NCBI GenBank assembly: GCA_964016885.1
Contig: OZ024743.1
Coordinates: forward strand, 108,066,001 to 108,130,000
DNA: 64,000 nucleotides
Direction of reading: 5' to 3'
Origin: Eledone cirrhosa
Lineage: Eukaryota
Made by a program: the position numbers and the translations under genes. A model generated the notes under the pieces. That model was not told where the DNA came from, made no database searches, and saw only the letters and a program-made list of their open reading frames with translations. The first letter of the stretch is position 1; each line of letters starts with the position of its first letter. Positions 42,451 to 57,570 of the stretch are shown in pieces.

Positions 42451-42512
42451 TACTACTACTACTACTACTACTACTACTACAACTACTACTACTACTAGTA
42501 GTAGTAGTAGTT

Positions 42513-42550
<38 letters not shown>
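42451..42550. repeat. Palindromic (CTA)n/(TAG)n microsatellite
   Basis: Centre at 42496/42497; the CAA interruption is mirrored as TTG. Confidence 0.9.
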
Positions 42551-44125
42551 TTTGGTGGTTTTGATTGGATCCATATTCGAAGTCGTCGTGATGGTGTTTG
42601 TCGTTGTGGCGTTTGGGTTTGGCGAGGAAGATGACAAAGATGATGATAGTGGTGGTGGTTTTAATCCGATGTAATGATCATGGTAGTGATGTTGGTGTTG
42701 GTGGTGTGAGCATTGTTTGTGATTAATGTACTCGTGCGGTGGTGTGATGTTAATTCGGAGATGTGCTGGCGACGAAGTACTATAGATAGTAGTAGTGGTG
42801 GCGTTTGAATTAACAGCAGTGGCCTTCTGATAGTTTTATCTTTGCTGTTTCGAGTAATTGTTAGCAGTTTGACTAAACGAGGATGATGGTGTTGGTGATA
42901 TTTGGGTTAGTGCTATTAGTGATGTCAGCGGTGATCATTCACGTTGTAATCATTTGTGATGTCGTTGTTGGTCATTATAATGATAGTAAAATTGGTAGTT
43001 CTAGTTGTGGTGGTGTTGTAGGTGGTAGCTCTGGGGACCTATGAATATATAACTGACAACCTACGAGGTTCCATATAATGTGTGGTTTCTTTTATGTTTA
43101 AGAGTTAGGTGCTCTAAACCTTACTTGTTACCGCTCACATCTTTGCATTATTAGCTGCCTTCCTACGAGCTTGCATCTTGTATGGGTTTTCTCGGATATT
43201 GTATTGATAGAGAATATATTCTTATAAAAAGGCAATATGAAATAAAGCGTCTTGCTTAAGAACACAACAAGACGTCTGATCCGTGAATTGAACCCCAAAA
43301 CTTATGTTCATGAGACTCACACACCAACAACTACTCTAATGTTGCTATGTGTTTCTACATAATCATTTCGCTTTCTGTATTTTGAAAGTACAGTACTGTA
43401 TTCCATTTCGTTTCATTAGGATAACTTCATTAGTATTAAAACAATTGTGGAATTGCCATAAGGTTGAAAGTGTTACCCTTTGCCAGTCAGTCAGCAATTT
43501 TGTGGTAGTGCTAATCATAGTATTGGTAGTGACGATGATAGGATTAATGGTGCTGCCGGCTGAGTTGATGATGATGACGATAATGATAATGAGGGTTGTG
43601 ATTGGCATGGGTTGTTGCAGGTGACGATTGTCATAGTGGTAGTGGTGGTCGGTGGGGGTCTGTGTTTGAAGCAGTGGTGGTGGCGGTTGTTGTAGTGGTG
43701 ATGTTGATGGTGACGATAATAATAATAATAATCGAATAGGTGTTGGTGGTGGCTGTGGTGGTGATAGAAGGTAGTATAGAATTGGAGAAACTGAGTGTGC
43801 ACTTTGTTAATTAGGATAAATCTGTCTTTGAGTACTTACCAACTCCACACAAGCACCAACACAACCAATTGTCACTAAACCGAACTAATTAGAAATACTG
43901 AAATGTAATTGGTATTGAGAAATGCATGCCACCGGCTCAAATTGAACCTGATGTCCTTTGCTTCAGACAAACAGAGATCCACACCCTACCACCCCCATTC
44001 AGCTGCGGGGATTTCCACAACCCTCAATGTGAGGTGAAATCAAGTTTTGAGGCCAAATTTTAAGTGCTACAGAAATGGGAGAAATTGTTAGGAGGGATAC
44101 TATAAAATGGGATAACATACATATC

Positions 44126-44229
44126 TCTTCTTCTTCTTCTTCTTCTTCTTCTTCTTCTTCTTCTTCTTCTTCTTCTTCTTCTTCTTCTTCTTCTTCTTCT
44201 TCTTCTTCTTCTTCTTCATCATCATCATC
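44126..44229. repeat. (TTC)n then (ATC)n microsatellite
   Basis: Directly visible. Confidence 0.95.
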
Positions 44230-44315
44230 CGTTTATATCTCTATATATTTGTCCCACTCACATCTCTATACTTACAAGTACACATATACTATCTCACCAC
44301 TTTCCTGCTCTCACT

Positions 44316-44384
<69 letters not shown>

Positions 44385-44827
44385 TTCTCTATCTCTCTCT
44401 CTCACTATATCTCTCTCTATCCATCTCTCTCCATCTCTCCTTCCCCTATACCCTCCGCTCTCCAACTCCCAAACCATTATATCATTACTGAATGTCATAA
44501 ATAGATATTTTTGCCTCAAGGTCAGACAGAATACAACGTAATTCTTACTTAATTCTCCTGCAGGTCTACCATGGTTTTCCTGTGGGTCAGGACACTTAAG
44601 TTCTTGTCCTCCGGTCTACTTACCTAATTAATCCATTCTCATTTCTACATTTTTTATTGCTCGTTGTTGTTGTTGTTGTCGCTGTCCATGTTACACGAAT
44701 TCACATCCCGCTGCAAGCATTGCATCTTGTCTTTAGTGACCGTCATTTTGCTCAGTCTTTGCTAAACTAACGACGAGAGAATTTCACAACAACCACTACT
44801 AGAGATGGTGGTGGTGGTTCTGGTGGC

Positions 44828-44899
<72 letters not shown>
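44828..44899. repeat. (AGT)n microsatellite
   Basis: Directly visible. Confidence 0.95.
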
Positions 44900-44900
<1 letters not shown>

Positions 44901-47477
44901 TTTTCTGCTTTAGAAACAAGGCAAGCATTTTATGGAAAAGGGCATGCCGATTAAATCTAACCTAATACATAACTGGTACTTTATATTTTCATCCACAAAC
45001 GGATGACAAGCAGAGCTGTAGCCTAATTACTAGTACAACTCACGTTCCCAAGCCGAATGCACAGGAATAACTTGAAATTAATTCATTTGTTCATAGAGAA
45101 AACGCCCAACCAGAAATCTCACACCCGACTAGACGATCGAGTTTCGAACACCCTAACGTCAAAGGATCTCATTTTGACAAAGTTCAAATAATTACTACTA
45201 TATTTGTTTCCTTCTATTATATAGTTACTTTAAATTCTGCGGGCATTTCCATTTGACAAAAAAAAAAACAAGTCAAACCAAATATGTGTAATCGAATGTG
45301 CATCATTTTATTGGTTGTTGGACAAAATACATTGCTATACTTACTTAGGACTTTCTACAATCTGAATTCATATACCGACGAGATTGATTTTGCATTTCAC
45401 CACTCTGGTGACAATAAAATAAAATGAAATGGCAGTAAAATACTGTGTTTGATATATATAATATGGCCCAACCCTACGCTAAAAAAAAAAAAAAACTACC
45501 TCGCCTTTTGCCTCAATTAGGAACCATTATCCGCGCATCTCTAGAAGAAAAATGGTGATGATGGGTATATAATGCTTGTGTGTACTGGTAAATGGTAACA
45601 ACACGAACCAGACAATGAAATGTTGGCACGTTCTTTCGTTCACTCGGTCTAAGGTCGGTGAAAAAAGCATATGTTTATTTATCCCCATGAAAGAGTTTAA
45701 TAATGAATCATGTCTATAATAAAAAAATAAATAGATAAAAAGATGGAAAAACTAAAAAATGACAATAACAGCCAAATGACCCAAACAACTTTAAGTACAA
45801 CGATTTGGGTGAAAATATCAAATATCAACATCAAGCGTTTAAAAGATTTAAATATTTATTCATCACGTGCACCTTTATGTGTAAATACATACAGCAAATC
45901 ACTTCTGTTTTATTGTATTTCATCCTGCTACCCAGTGAATTGGCAGAGTCGTAAGAATGTTGGACATAATACTTTTAGATTTTCATTCTGGCTCTCTGCG
46001 CTCTGAGTTCAAAACCCACCGTGGTAGAAAAAAGAAAATGTACCAGTCAAGTGCTGGGGTCGATTCTTCTTCCTCTCTCACACACTCGCTCACACTCACA
46101 AAAAAAAAAAAATCAGTTGTTTTCAGACCTGGAAATGGATTGGGCAAAGTCAGGTTTTAAATGATCGGCGGCCCTACCATTTCATCGGGATATATGTGTC
46201 CATACCTACATTATACCCTGACATTTGCTATCCATTCGTGGCTGACCAGCAACTGTATATGATTGTTTGTTTTTAACGACATTAATGTACAATTAAATGG
46301 GGGAATTGTGGTGTTTTGTCATTCATACGTTTCCCAGTCATCCTTTTAGCCCTATCAAAAATATATGTATGTTCCACTGATAATGATCCACTTCCTCGCG
46401 CAATGGAACACTCTGCTCATGCAAGTAGCTAGATATTCCACAGACTAGTGTATAATTAAGGTTTTTCTCAGGAAGACTCAGTGTAACATACCGTGTAGTA
46501 AGGCTAGCTTTTTGAATTACTGTTAGAAAACATTTTGCCAGGTGCGTAGATTGAATTATGGGAAATGACCTACTTTGCTGGTCTGGGAAACAAACCACCC
46601 CAACCTAGAGGCAACGCCTCTTCATACATCAGTTAATAAACATGGAATCAGTATTTATCACTTGTTCTAGAGCAATCAATATAAATTCAGTTTTATTTCA
46701 TCATTCTTATTGTTGTACATCAATATGTGATCAAGAACCGTACTTTGCTGTTTGTGTTTGAACAATATCGATTTCATGAGATGGAATAATTAGGCGGATG
46801 GGTTAAAGTGATCGGTTTCTAGCTATTATGTTCTGAGAAGTGCAAAGGAAAATAGCTGCAGTTGGGCATTCAAAATGACTCCTATTTTCTATATAAATTC
46901 GTGGTGGCGGTAGTAATAGTAGTAGTAGCAATATGAGCAGTACTATTAGTAGCAGCAGTATTAGTAGCAGCAGCAGCAGCAGTATTAGTAGCAGCAGCAG
47001 CAGCATTATAGGCAGCAGTCCAAAGAGGTCACAAATGGCTAACTTTTAGTCGGTGGCAAATTGTCTTGCAGAATTCCAAACCTATAAAAGATAAAGTAAA
47101 AAAATAGGGAGCTGATACATTTGTATGTATGTTGTTATGGTTGTGGTTACGCTTCTTATCAGAATAGTTGTTGTTGTTGTTATATAATTGCTAGGAAATA
47201 ATAAAAATATCTATTCTTTATTCATCTATGATTTGATTCCCGTCCAATTTTCTTGACATATTTTTTCTTGTTTCCTCTCCATTTGTTTGCTTGTTTGATT
47301 CGTTCTTTTTAATTTTTCATTCTCTCTTACTCTCTCCCCTCTTTCATGTTTTGCCTTTTTATATCTCTCCTTCTTTCATTCTCATATTTAAATATTTGTT
47401 CTATCATTTAGTCTTCATTCATTCTTCACGCTTTCTACCATTCGTTTTATTTGTTTTCATTCTTTTCGTTCTTGCCA

Positions 47478-47938
47478 ATTATTATTATTATTTGAAACTT
47501 CTTTGAATCCTACTTTTTTCCATATGTTGCCGAGTGTCAACCTGAGGCAAAATTGTGTAATACACAAATTTAACAATCAATTGGCATACACAATATATCA
47601 TAAAGGCATGAAAAAAACAATAAATGTCTATACAAGTTATTTAAATTGATAATGCCCTTCTCTAGGCATGGAGAGTGCCAGTCAGCAACATTTTCTGTAT
47701 TTCTTGCAGTGATGGCTTTCCAAATATGTTTTTGTTTATTTTTTTTTATCATTCCATATCCACCGACAATCATTGGGATAGTACAATCTCCAAGATGCTA
47801 CATTTTCTCAATTTCAGTTGTTAGATCTTTATATTTCCTGACCTTTCGGAACTCTTTCGAAATGTTACAATCTGTTGGAATGCTCATTTCAATTAGGCAT
47901 ATTTTCTTATTGTTATTATTTGCCTTTACTGCCAGTCG
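47478..47938 (-). mobile_element. R4/Dong-clade non-LTR retrotransposon 3' fragment (restriction-like endonuclease domain)
   Basis: KKICLIEMSIPTDCNISKEFRKVRKYKDLTTEIEKM*HL..TIPMIVGGYGMIKK matches the R4/Dong RLE pattern; the 3' end runs into (TAA)n. Confidence 0.8.
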
Positions 47939-48355
47939 TTTATATATATATATATATGATGTAATATGTTCGTGTATGCATATATTTATACAGACTAATC
48001 CATCGCTCACCATTAATTTATATATTTTTGCGTATCATTTTACACGATTTTAATTCTTTCTATCATTTATGCACATTCATACACACATACTACACTAGAG
48101 GTTTTCTCTCTCTCCAACCCCCTCTATCCCTCGCCCTCTCTCATTCTCTCTGTCTTTTTCTCTCAACCATTCTTTCTCTGAATCTATCTCTCACTGCTCT
48201 CTCATTGCTTCCTTCTTGTTCACCTTTTTTACTTCATTAAAACTTTTTTTCTCATTTTCTCCATCCCCTTCACATACTCAGTCTCTCGGCCTTCCTTTGT
48301 TCACATATCTGTATTTCATTAGAAATATTTCTCTCTCGTTCTCCCAACTCTCTCG

Positions 48356-48455
<100 letters not shown>

Positions 48456-49092
48456 TTCCATTTCTCTCATACTCCCCCCTCATCCCCCATACACTATCCA
48501 TTCCTTCTCAAGCATGCTTTGACCTAATGTTTTCGCTTGCCTCCAAGGGAAACAATTCACGCCTGAAGGCATATTTTCGAAATTCGATTCTTCCTACTTT
48601 GCACAACAAAAACTCCACAAACACACTAACCACTAACATACCACATCACTAAATTACACTTCTGCTTACATTCACACACACCTATACATGTATACGTACA
48701 AACAAGCATACATGAGCATAGACACATACATCATTACACACATACACATAGAAATACATACATACACATAGAAGCACACACACACACGCACACATACACA
48801 CACACACGCACACATACACACACACACACACACATGCATATACACACACACACACACACGCATACACATGTATCATATACATATATATGTATATATATAT
48901 ATACAATGGGCCCTGCAATTATAAACACAGGCATATATACATATATAAATATGTAGACACACACAACCATACAGATATTTATACATTTTCACTTATAAAC
49001 GCAGTATATATAACAAACAGATGGAAATACACACACACACACATCTTAGTTTCTATTACTTTCAAGAATGGATCTTCCTCATTGTCTCTCTC

Positions 49093-49167
<75 letters not shown>

Positions 49168-49557
49168 ATACATATATGGTGGTAACTGTATATATATACA
49201 TGTGTGCGCGTGTAGTGAAGAAGGAATTAATAAACAAAACAGAAACATAAAAACTTTGAAAAAATAATCCATGACATAAAAAAGATATAACACACTCTCA
49301 TACAATCATATCTACACACACATATAGACACACACACATGCAGAAAAATACAGGAAATTTAATAAAGAAATTCTACAATAAATTTGATAAAATGCTAAAA
49401 TACTATGAACAGAAATAAAAGGAACGGTGTCAGCAAATTTCATTTTCTAACAAAAGCACGTTCTCTCTTCACTGTTGTTACCGTCCCTTTGTAGATACCC
49501 ACCCCAACACCGGTTGTGTGTGTGTGTATATATACACACACACACATATATATATAC

Positions 49558-49703
<146 letters not shown>

Positions 49704-50145
49704 ATATATATATATATATACTGTTTGTGTGCCTGCGTCAACTTTATTTACATATATCTATACATATTTCTATATGTGAATATGTATAGGTACAACGTGT
49801 GTGTGTTGGTGCCTATGTATGAATACACACTTTTAACTTAATTTCTAGTTTTCCTGATTCAAACACCAGCAATTGCAAAGACAACTGAAAGTTGGCAAAT
49901 AAAAATAAAAATGTATATGTTTAAGAAAAGGGCCCAAAAATGCTTCAAAATAGTATGAGCAAAATAATTACAAAAATATGTATGAATGAATAAATAAATA
50001 AAAAATAAATAAATAGAGACTAGGAATTAAAGGGAACCCAATTAAAAAGGATAATAATAATAGTAGTCACGACTTAAATAACGTAACGCACATACACACA
50101 CACACACATACTCACACACACCCACCCACACGCACACATATACAT

Positions 50146-50209
<64 letters not shown>

Positions 50210-50779
50210 CCACTCACAATACTGATGTCAGATTTTATTTCATTTGTAAAAATACATTTTTGCAATTCCAATTGAAGTTTTCAAAATGGCGCGGGTTTCC
50301 CTTCTTTCTATATTCGTTACACTTTCGCCATTATTATTAAATACAAACTACTGCCGAGAATAAAAAGCAATTAAATATTGGAATGATTAAAAAAGGGTCT
50401 GGTGCTTTCGTTGTTTTTGCTGAAGGTGTAGGTACTGGTGTTGTTGGCGTTCAATTGCTTTTGTGTTTGATGTTTTTGTTGGTGGTTTTGTTGTTTGTGT
50501 TGTTGCTGTTGTCTTGTGGTTGTTGTTGGTGGCGATGTTCTTTACGGCGTTACTGGTATTGGTTTTGTTGTTTTGTACTCGTTGTTTTATTTGATGTTGT
50601 TTGTTGTGGTACTGATATTGGTTTTATTGTTGGTGGTGGTAAAGAATGTTCAGAAACACAGGGAACGGCAACAATGTACATTTCTCTTTCAATTTCTGCT
50701 TTAATCCACCGCCACCATGACCCAGCAGGACGACTAAAAGAAACACTGTTGAGGGGAGCAACTTTTGATGTTTTGACCG

Positions 50780-50960
50780 ATTAAAACTAGCTGTCGTATC
50801 TCCATCAAATCAGCCCGCCTTAGAAAAGTTACACGTTGCATAATGTGATCTTAGTTTCTCTGAACATAAGAAAAAAGAACGGTGGGTAATGTTTGGAATG
50901 TCGTTGGTTATAGGTCTGCTCGGTCAGGAATGACCTGCGGCTAAGTAAAATAATAACGGT
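50780..50960 (+). repeat. Old dispersed repeat (SINE/LINE 3'-end-like) with decayed relatives near 7440, 15330-15460, 24200-24300 and 41300-41430
   Basis: Shared TAGC.GCCAA.TCTCC..CAAAT..CC..CTTA.AAAA-type words; ends in an (AAC/AAT)n-like tail. Confidence 0.4.
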
Positions 50961-51444
50961 GCAGTCTATTTGGAATTGATGAATATGCAAAAAATAACAC
51001 AACATATCCCATAGTAACCATCCTACTATCTTCAGTTGTGAAGTTACATGGGATGTATTCTCGTAGTGGGATGGGGTAGGGTTTGTCTAAACAACACTAA
51101 CATAAAGGACATGAGCGACAAGAATAACAAAAGCAACATTATCGATAACACAGCCTTTCTAAATCCATGTTCATTATCACCCCAACCCTATGGATATCAT
51201 CACCACCAACATTAACACCAAAAGCAACAACTACAGCAAAGCAAGACCAGAGAAAAACATTATCAATGGCACAGCCTCACTCTAAATGGTTATTCACCTC
51301 AACTACCATAGCAACCATCAACCACATTCACCATTACCAACAAGAACAAGAATAAAAACAAACCAACGGCAACAAGACAAATATTGGTGTATTGATATTG
51401 ATTTGTAATTTCTTTTTTTTTATTTTAATAACAATAACAATAAT

Positions 51445-51985
51445 AGTTTCTAATTTTGGGACAGGGCCAGACATTTGGTAATTAGACCCATCCCAATTAT
51501 TAAAAAAATTAAATAATTGTTTCCAATTTATACTACTACTATTAATAGTGGTTTCTGATTTAGGAACAAGGCCAATACATTTTGGGGGAAGGGAAAGTTG
51601 ATTAAATCGACCCCAATAAGTTACTGGTACTTTATTTTATTGACCTCGTAAAGATGAAAGGCAAAGCTAACTTCGGTGGGATTTAAACGCAGAATGTAAA
51701 TGGCCATAACTATATGCTGCGAAGCACGGTGTTCGAGTCTCTATCGATTCTGCCAATCCAGCGCCATAATAATGAATTCTAGTAAAGGCACAAGGCCAGC
51801 AATTTGGGGGAGGGGAAAGTCGATTAAATGGACCCCAGTACGGTATTTATTTTATCGACCCCGTAAGGATGGAAGGCAAAGTTAAACTCGGCGGGATTTG
51901 AACTCAGACCGTAAAGTGCCGTAAATCTATGCTACAAAAAGCATGGCATCCGACCCTCTACCGATACTGCCAATCCATGGCCTAA
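51445..51985 (-). mobile_element. Tandem array of two full tRNA-derived SINEs plus a tail fragment
   Basis: Core at about 51625-51695 and 51842-51910; AAT-repeat linkers. Confidence 0.85.
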
Positions 51986-52202
51986 TAATTATAATAATAA
52001 TGATAATAATAATAATGTTATTATTCATGAAAAGGGGTCGGTTGAACCGAAATATTTGAAACAAATATAATTAACAAAAAAACAAAATTCAAAAACAGTG
52101 TTGATGGAAAGTTCAAGTAAGTGTAAAACCAGATTATGACATTGTGAATATTATCAAGAACAGGAACTGACGTAATTCCTCTGTTTGTGTGTGTGTGTGT
52201 GT

Positions 52203-52296
<94 letters not shown>

Positions 52297-52999
52297 CATT
52301 GTGGGTGTTTCTCTGTTTGCGACTGTATTTTGGTTTGTGTCTGTTGTGTGTGAATGTGGAGAGATAATCTTGTACAGTCCCTATCTGAAATAGTTTTGTA
52401 CGCATTGGAGCGAATGTATGTGTGTGAAAGAGAATATATAGTGTGAGTGCGTGAGAGACAGCGAGTGTCGTCATTGTGATTGTGTGTGTGTACTCTGTAT
52501 GAGTGTACTGATAAAACATGCATACTTTCTAAACAATTATGTATGCACTGGATTGAGTGCATAAGTGTGTAACATGTGTAGCGTTTGAATGTCTGTTTGC
52601 AAGTGTATGTAAGCTTTATTTTATTGTAAGCTCATGCATGTATTGTGTGAATTAGTGCATGTTTATTGGACAATCTGTATGTTTATGTTTGCATTGCTAT
52701 ACACTTTCTGTTGGTGGTGTAATCATATGTGTCTGTGTGTATTTAGCTCCGTCTGTGTATGTGGACATACGCATATATAAATATATGTGTATGTATGTAT
52801 GTGTATGTATGCTGCTGTGTATTTGTATGCCCGTTAGGTATTATGAACTGTATTTTCCCTTTACATAATATCAGAATTTAATATAGATAGATGGAACCGG
52901 AGAATTGCATTATGGGTGTACAATATACCTGTACAATGGACTGCTTAGGCACTTTCTCGTATATTCACAAAATAAAGCAACCCCCCATCTCTATCTCAC

Positions 53000-53065
<66 letters not shown>

Positions 53066-53569
53066 GAAATATAAATTTCATGCGTTTTAAATTTGATTTC
53101 CTTCCCAAGTATGTTCTGATCACTTTATATTCAACTGCATCTACTTTCCTTAAGCTTATCAACACCAATGTCATCATAATCATCATCAACATCATCGTTA
53201 ACACCGACGCTGGTACCACGCATAATGCTTCTACTGCAATCGTCATCATCCACAATGACAGGTAGAGACTCTACCTACAGTACCACATCTACACAGACCT
53301 CTTATCCATAAATTTGACTTCCTGGCAATGGTAATATCACAGACAATATCACAGCAACCACATAAAGAAATACTACCATCACGAGACGTCCCCTCAACAC
53401 ACACCAACAACACTTTAGCCACAACCAGCAACTCAGTCACTCCTACTACCACCCCACAAACAACAACCACCACCATTATCTTTTCCCATTCACATCCCTC
53501 CAACTTATTGCTATCTCTATGTTGACAGCTCCATCTTTAGGGGTGCTACTTAAAGGCAACCATGAGATT

Positions 53570-54150
53570 ACCACCTAGTTCACAGACATCAGGACATCCA
53601 CATATTCATTAACATTACCACTACACACACAACCACCACCGCCACCAGTGCCACAGCAATATTATACTAATACTTTCACCACCACCATAACCACCACCTA
53701 GTTCACAGACATCAGGAGAGTTACACATCCGCCAATAGTACAACAAAACACGGAACGACAACCACCATAACAATGCACAACTGCTACATGCACCAACACA
53801 AGACCCGCCAGATTTACTGATATCGGAACATCCAGACATCTACTAACAGTACCACTACACGCACAACAAAAATACACTACACTAACACCAACGCCACAAC
53901 ATCCCACTATTGCTTCATCCACCACCATAGCCAACACTAAGTCTACAGATATCAGTACATCCATACATACACGAAATGTACCACTACACACGCGACCACT
54001 ACTCCCATCCTAACAACAAACCACTACTACTACCACCACCACTGAAATCAGCGTCCAGTTTAGAGACATCAGGTCATCCATACATATACCAACAATTCCT
54101 CTACACACGACACGACCAATATCTACCACCACAACCACTCTACCACTATC
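53570..54150. repeat. Degenerate ~120-bp minisatellite, about five units
   Basis: Motif AGTT.ACAGA.ATCAGGACATCCA.ACAT...ACCACTACAC at about 53576, 53698, 53810, 53938 and 54056. Confidence 0.75.
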
Positions 54151-55989
54151 AATGCCACATCAGTTAATATTCTCATCATCTTAGATAATTCAACCCTCAA
54201 CTACTGCTTTAGTTTCTGTTAGTCCACCCTAGTGTCTCTTACAGGCACTAGTACGATATACTACAACTCCTGCTACTGGACACAGCCGCCACCGCCACCT
54301 TCAAGATTACACACTCACAGCAATCTTAGTACTATTTCCCTCATTACTTTGTTCAGTATCTTTCTCTGGAGGCCATTGACTGCTAGCCACCTACGGCGCT
54401 CCAACACCACATCATAGACCGAACCCCCTCTTCAATTCGCGTCTCCCACTTTGAACAGTATAACAACAACAACAACTACAGCCATCATCACCATTTTCAC
54501 ATCTACTGTCAGTTTTTCCCCATTTTATCTCTGACTGCGATATCTCTAAATCCCTACCAATATTATAGCTCCTCCACTGCCTCCATCTTCACCACATCCA
54601 ACGCAATCACCACCACCACTGCCACTATATCCAACAGTATCACATCCACTTCTTCCTCTACCTACCTCATGAATTTACACTCTCACCCCATCATTTTAAC
54701 CGTCTCCACAATACAACCATCATTTCTACCACCATCGTCGCTGCCACTACTGCCACCAGCATCACTACCTACGTTAACATGTTCACCCCCTTTCTGTTAA
54801 CACCCACACTCCCATAAGCTGTGTCATCGTGCGTTCACACATAGCATCTTAACTGTTTCCTTATTCAATCTGTTTTTCGCTAATTAGGCCATAGTGTAGC
54901 CCCTGGCCGTAAATATATCCAGTTGAAACCAAGCATGTTGTTCGTAGAGGCACTTTTCAACTGTTGTTGCTGTTGTTGTTGTTGCTGCTGATGTCGTTGC
55001 TGTTGTTGATGGTGGCGATGGTGGTAGAGATGGTGGCATTGTCCATGCTGGATTGGATTCGGCATTGCCAAATGTTTAAGAAGTTTGCTTCACAATCGTT
55101 AGGTTCCGGGTTTAATCCCATTACGGGGCATCGTGGTCAAATGCCATTTACCATAGATTCAGGTTGACCATGTCACGTGGGTGAAAAGCCTGTTGAACGA
55201 AGCGTACTGTAACTGGAATTGAAAGAGCCAGCCAACTATGAAATAATTTATATAGTGGGAATTGTGAGATTCAGTGTGAAACACGGTGCGACAAGGCTGG
55301 CTATTTGAATTACAAGTACAATTCATTTTTGATAGTTGAGTTGACTGGAGCAAAATGAAATAACGTGTCTTGTTGAAAGAGAACGCACAAATGGGAATTG
55401 AAATCACGAACTTACGATCGTGAGCCGAACACCCTAACAAGTACATTGCACATTATATATCACACAACTACACACTAATATACATAGAAAATAGTTATCT
55501 ATGCGTAGCGCTAGAAGGCCATCACTAACTCATAAATCATGCTTGGGAGTCAAACACCTACCTCCCGTGTACTGTGGTTGTGCTACAATTATTTCTAAAT
55601 GAAATTGACTTCTCTTACCAATTTTCTAAGACCTTTATCAGTCAGCCAGAAATGTGAAGGCATAAAATACGGAAATCTATGTGTGACCCTATTTACGTTT
55701 TTTCCGCCTCCAGGATCTTATATGCCCAACTTATTAGACTATTCTTTATTGCAAGAAAACGCGAGTTGTAGCCATTAATTGTGAGTTAACTGGATTAAAA
55801 AAATTATTCGGAATTCGCTCAATATTTCTAAAAATATACTGCTTATATATGAGAGTTAGGACAAGTTATTTGGTGAAACTGTTATTGTAACTGCCACGTG
55901 TATTAAATAAATTATTACATTCTACTTTACGTATGAAGTTCTGTGGCATATAACGTTACCCTGTTAAACGTACACCTAAATCAGTTTTA

Positions 55990-56342
55990 CACATAGAGTT
56001 ACGGCCCTTTACCTTCTGAGTTTAGCATTGCCTTTCAACCTTACGGGGTCGATAAAATAAAGTACCAGTAAATACTGGGGTCGATTAATCGTCGTTACCC
56101 TCCCCTTCAAATTGGTGGCCCTGTGCTTCAAGTAGAAACAATTATTATTGGTGGATTGGCAGTATCGGTAGAGGGTCGGACGCCATGCTTTGACGCATAG
56201 AGTTACGCCTCTTGCCATTCTGAGTTCAAATCCCGCCGAGGTTAACTTTGCCTTTCATCCTTACGGGGTCGATAAAATAAAGTACCAGTAATACACTGAG
56301 TATTTTCTGGCCTTGTGCCAAACGTAGAAACAATTATTATTA
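55990..56342 (+). mobile_element. Two tandem tRNA-derived SINEs (Meta/MESC-like central domain, tentative)
   Basis: Second copy 56150-56342: A box TGGCAGTATCGG, B box GAGTTCAAATCC, core GCCTTTCATCCTTACGGGGTCGATAAAATAAAGTACCAG, (ATT)n tail. Confidence 0.85.
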
Positions 56343-56945
56343 GTGGTATTGTTTGTTTGTGAGAGAAAAAGAGAGAGTGAGTGCGAGAGGGAGAGAGATA
56401 CTGTTGGGAGGGCAGCAGCACCAACATATTCAATATCACAATCAGTTTTGCCACGGACAACAACATCAGGAGCAACAAAATCTTCAATAAAAAACAACAA
56501 CATGACAGCCCCAACACTACTGCCGTTACCTCCATTCACCACAACTGCCACGGCCAACATCACCACCATCATTGCTATCGCCGACACCGGCGCCACTGCT
56601 ACTACATCCATTACATACTGCCAGGACTCTTCATAAGGTATAACCGCAAGAACCACTTTTGTGTTCTTAAACGACAACAGCAACCCATAATTACATTCTA
56701 CCCTCACCCATCACCACCACTATCACTACCACCATCACGTCACCACAACCCCACCACCACCACTTTTTTTTCTATTCCTATTCTTTTCTGCCTTTTGTCC
56801 ATAGCTTCCAGTTGAATAATCCACTGCACACTCGTCTAACGTCTGAAAACTCCTGCTAGCCTACCACACACTTACACGTTTACACCGACATAGTCACCAT
56901 AAACAGCATATCCACCTTATCACTCTCTTTATCCATCAATCCGGC

Positions 56946-57014
<69 letters not shown>

Positions 57015-57425
57015 TTACGTCCATCCATTATTAACTAATTCAAACCTCTATCCAGCTGTACATCGAAACATCCATTCATTCATACAACGACCCATACATG
57101 TACGCACCATTCATACAACTACGCACCAAAACATCTGTCTATCTATTCTACTATATTTCTATGTCTCTATCTATCTATCAAACTATCATTCTAAATGTCG
57201 TCTCGAAAACGAGCGTCCCACCCCAACATACACATACATACACACATGCACACATAGCTACAACTCTCGGTCCAAGAATCTGAGACTTGTTATTGGTCGA
57301 TATTCAGTTCTAACGCGGTAATGTCAATACACTTTTTTTAGAGTAGGGAGTACCTCATCACTTCATTCCAGTTCCTCTATACGTGAAACATAACGCATAA
57401 TATATCTATCTATGTATCTATCTAT

Positions 57426-57552
<127 letters not shown>

Positions 57553-57570
57553 CATACATACATATATATA

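Noticed and set aside
53570-54150. CRISPR-like repeat-spacer appearance
   Set aside because: Eukaryotic context, degenerate cores, low-complexity related spacers and no cas genes.
56150-56240. tRNA gene
   Set aside because: A and B boxes belong to a SINE head; no cloverleaf, and it is followed by the SINE core.
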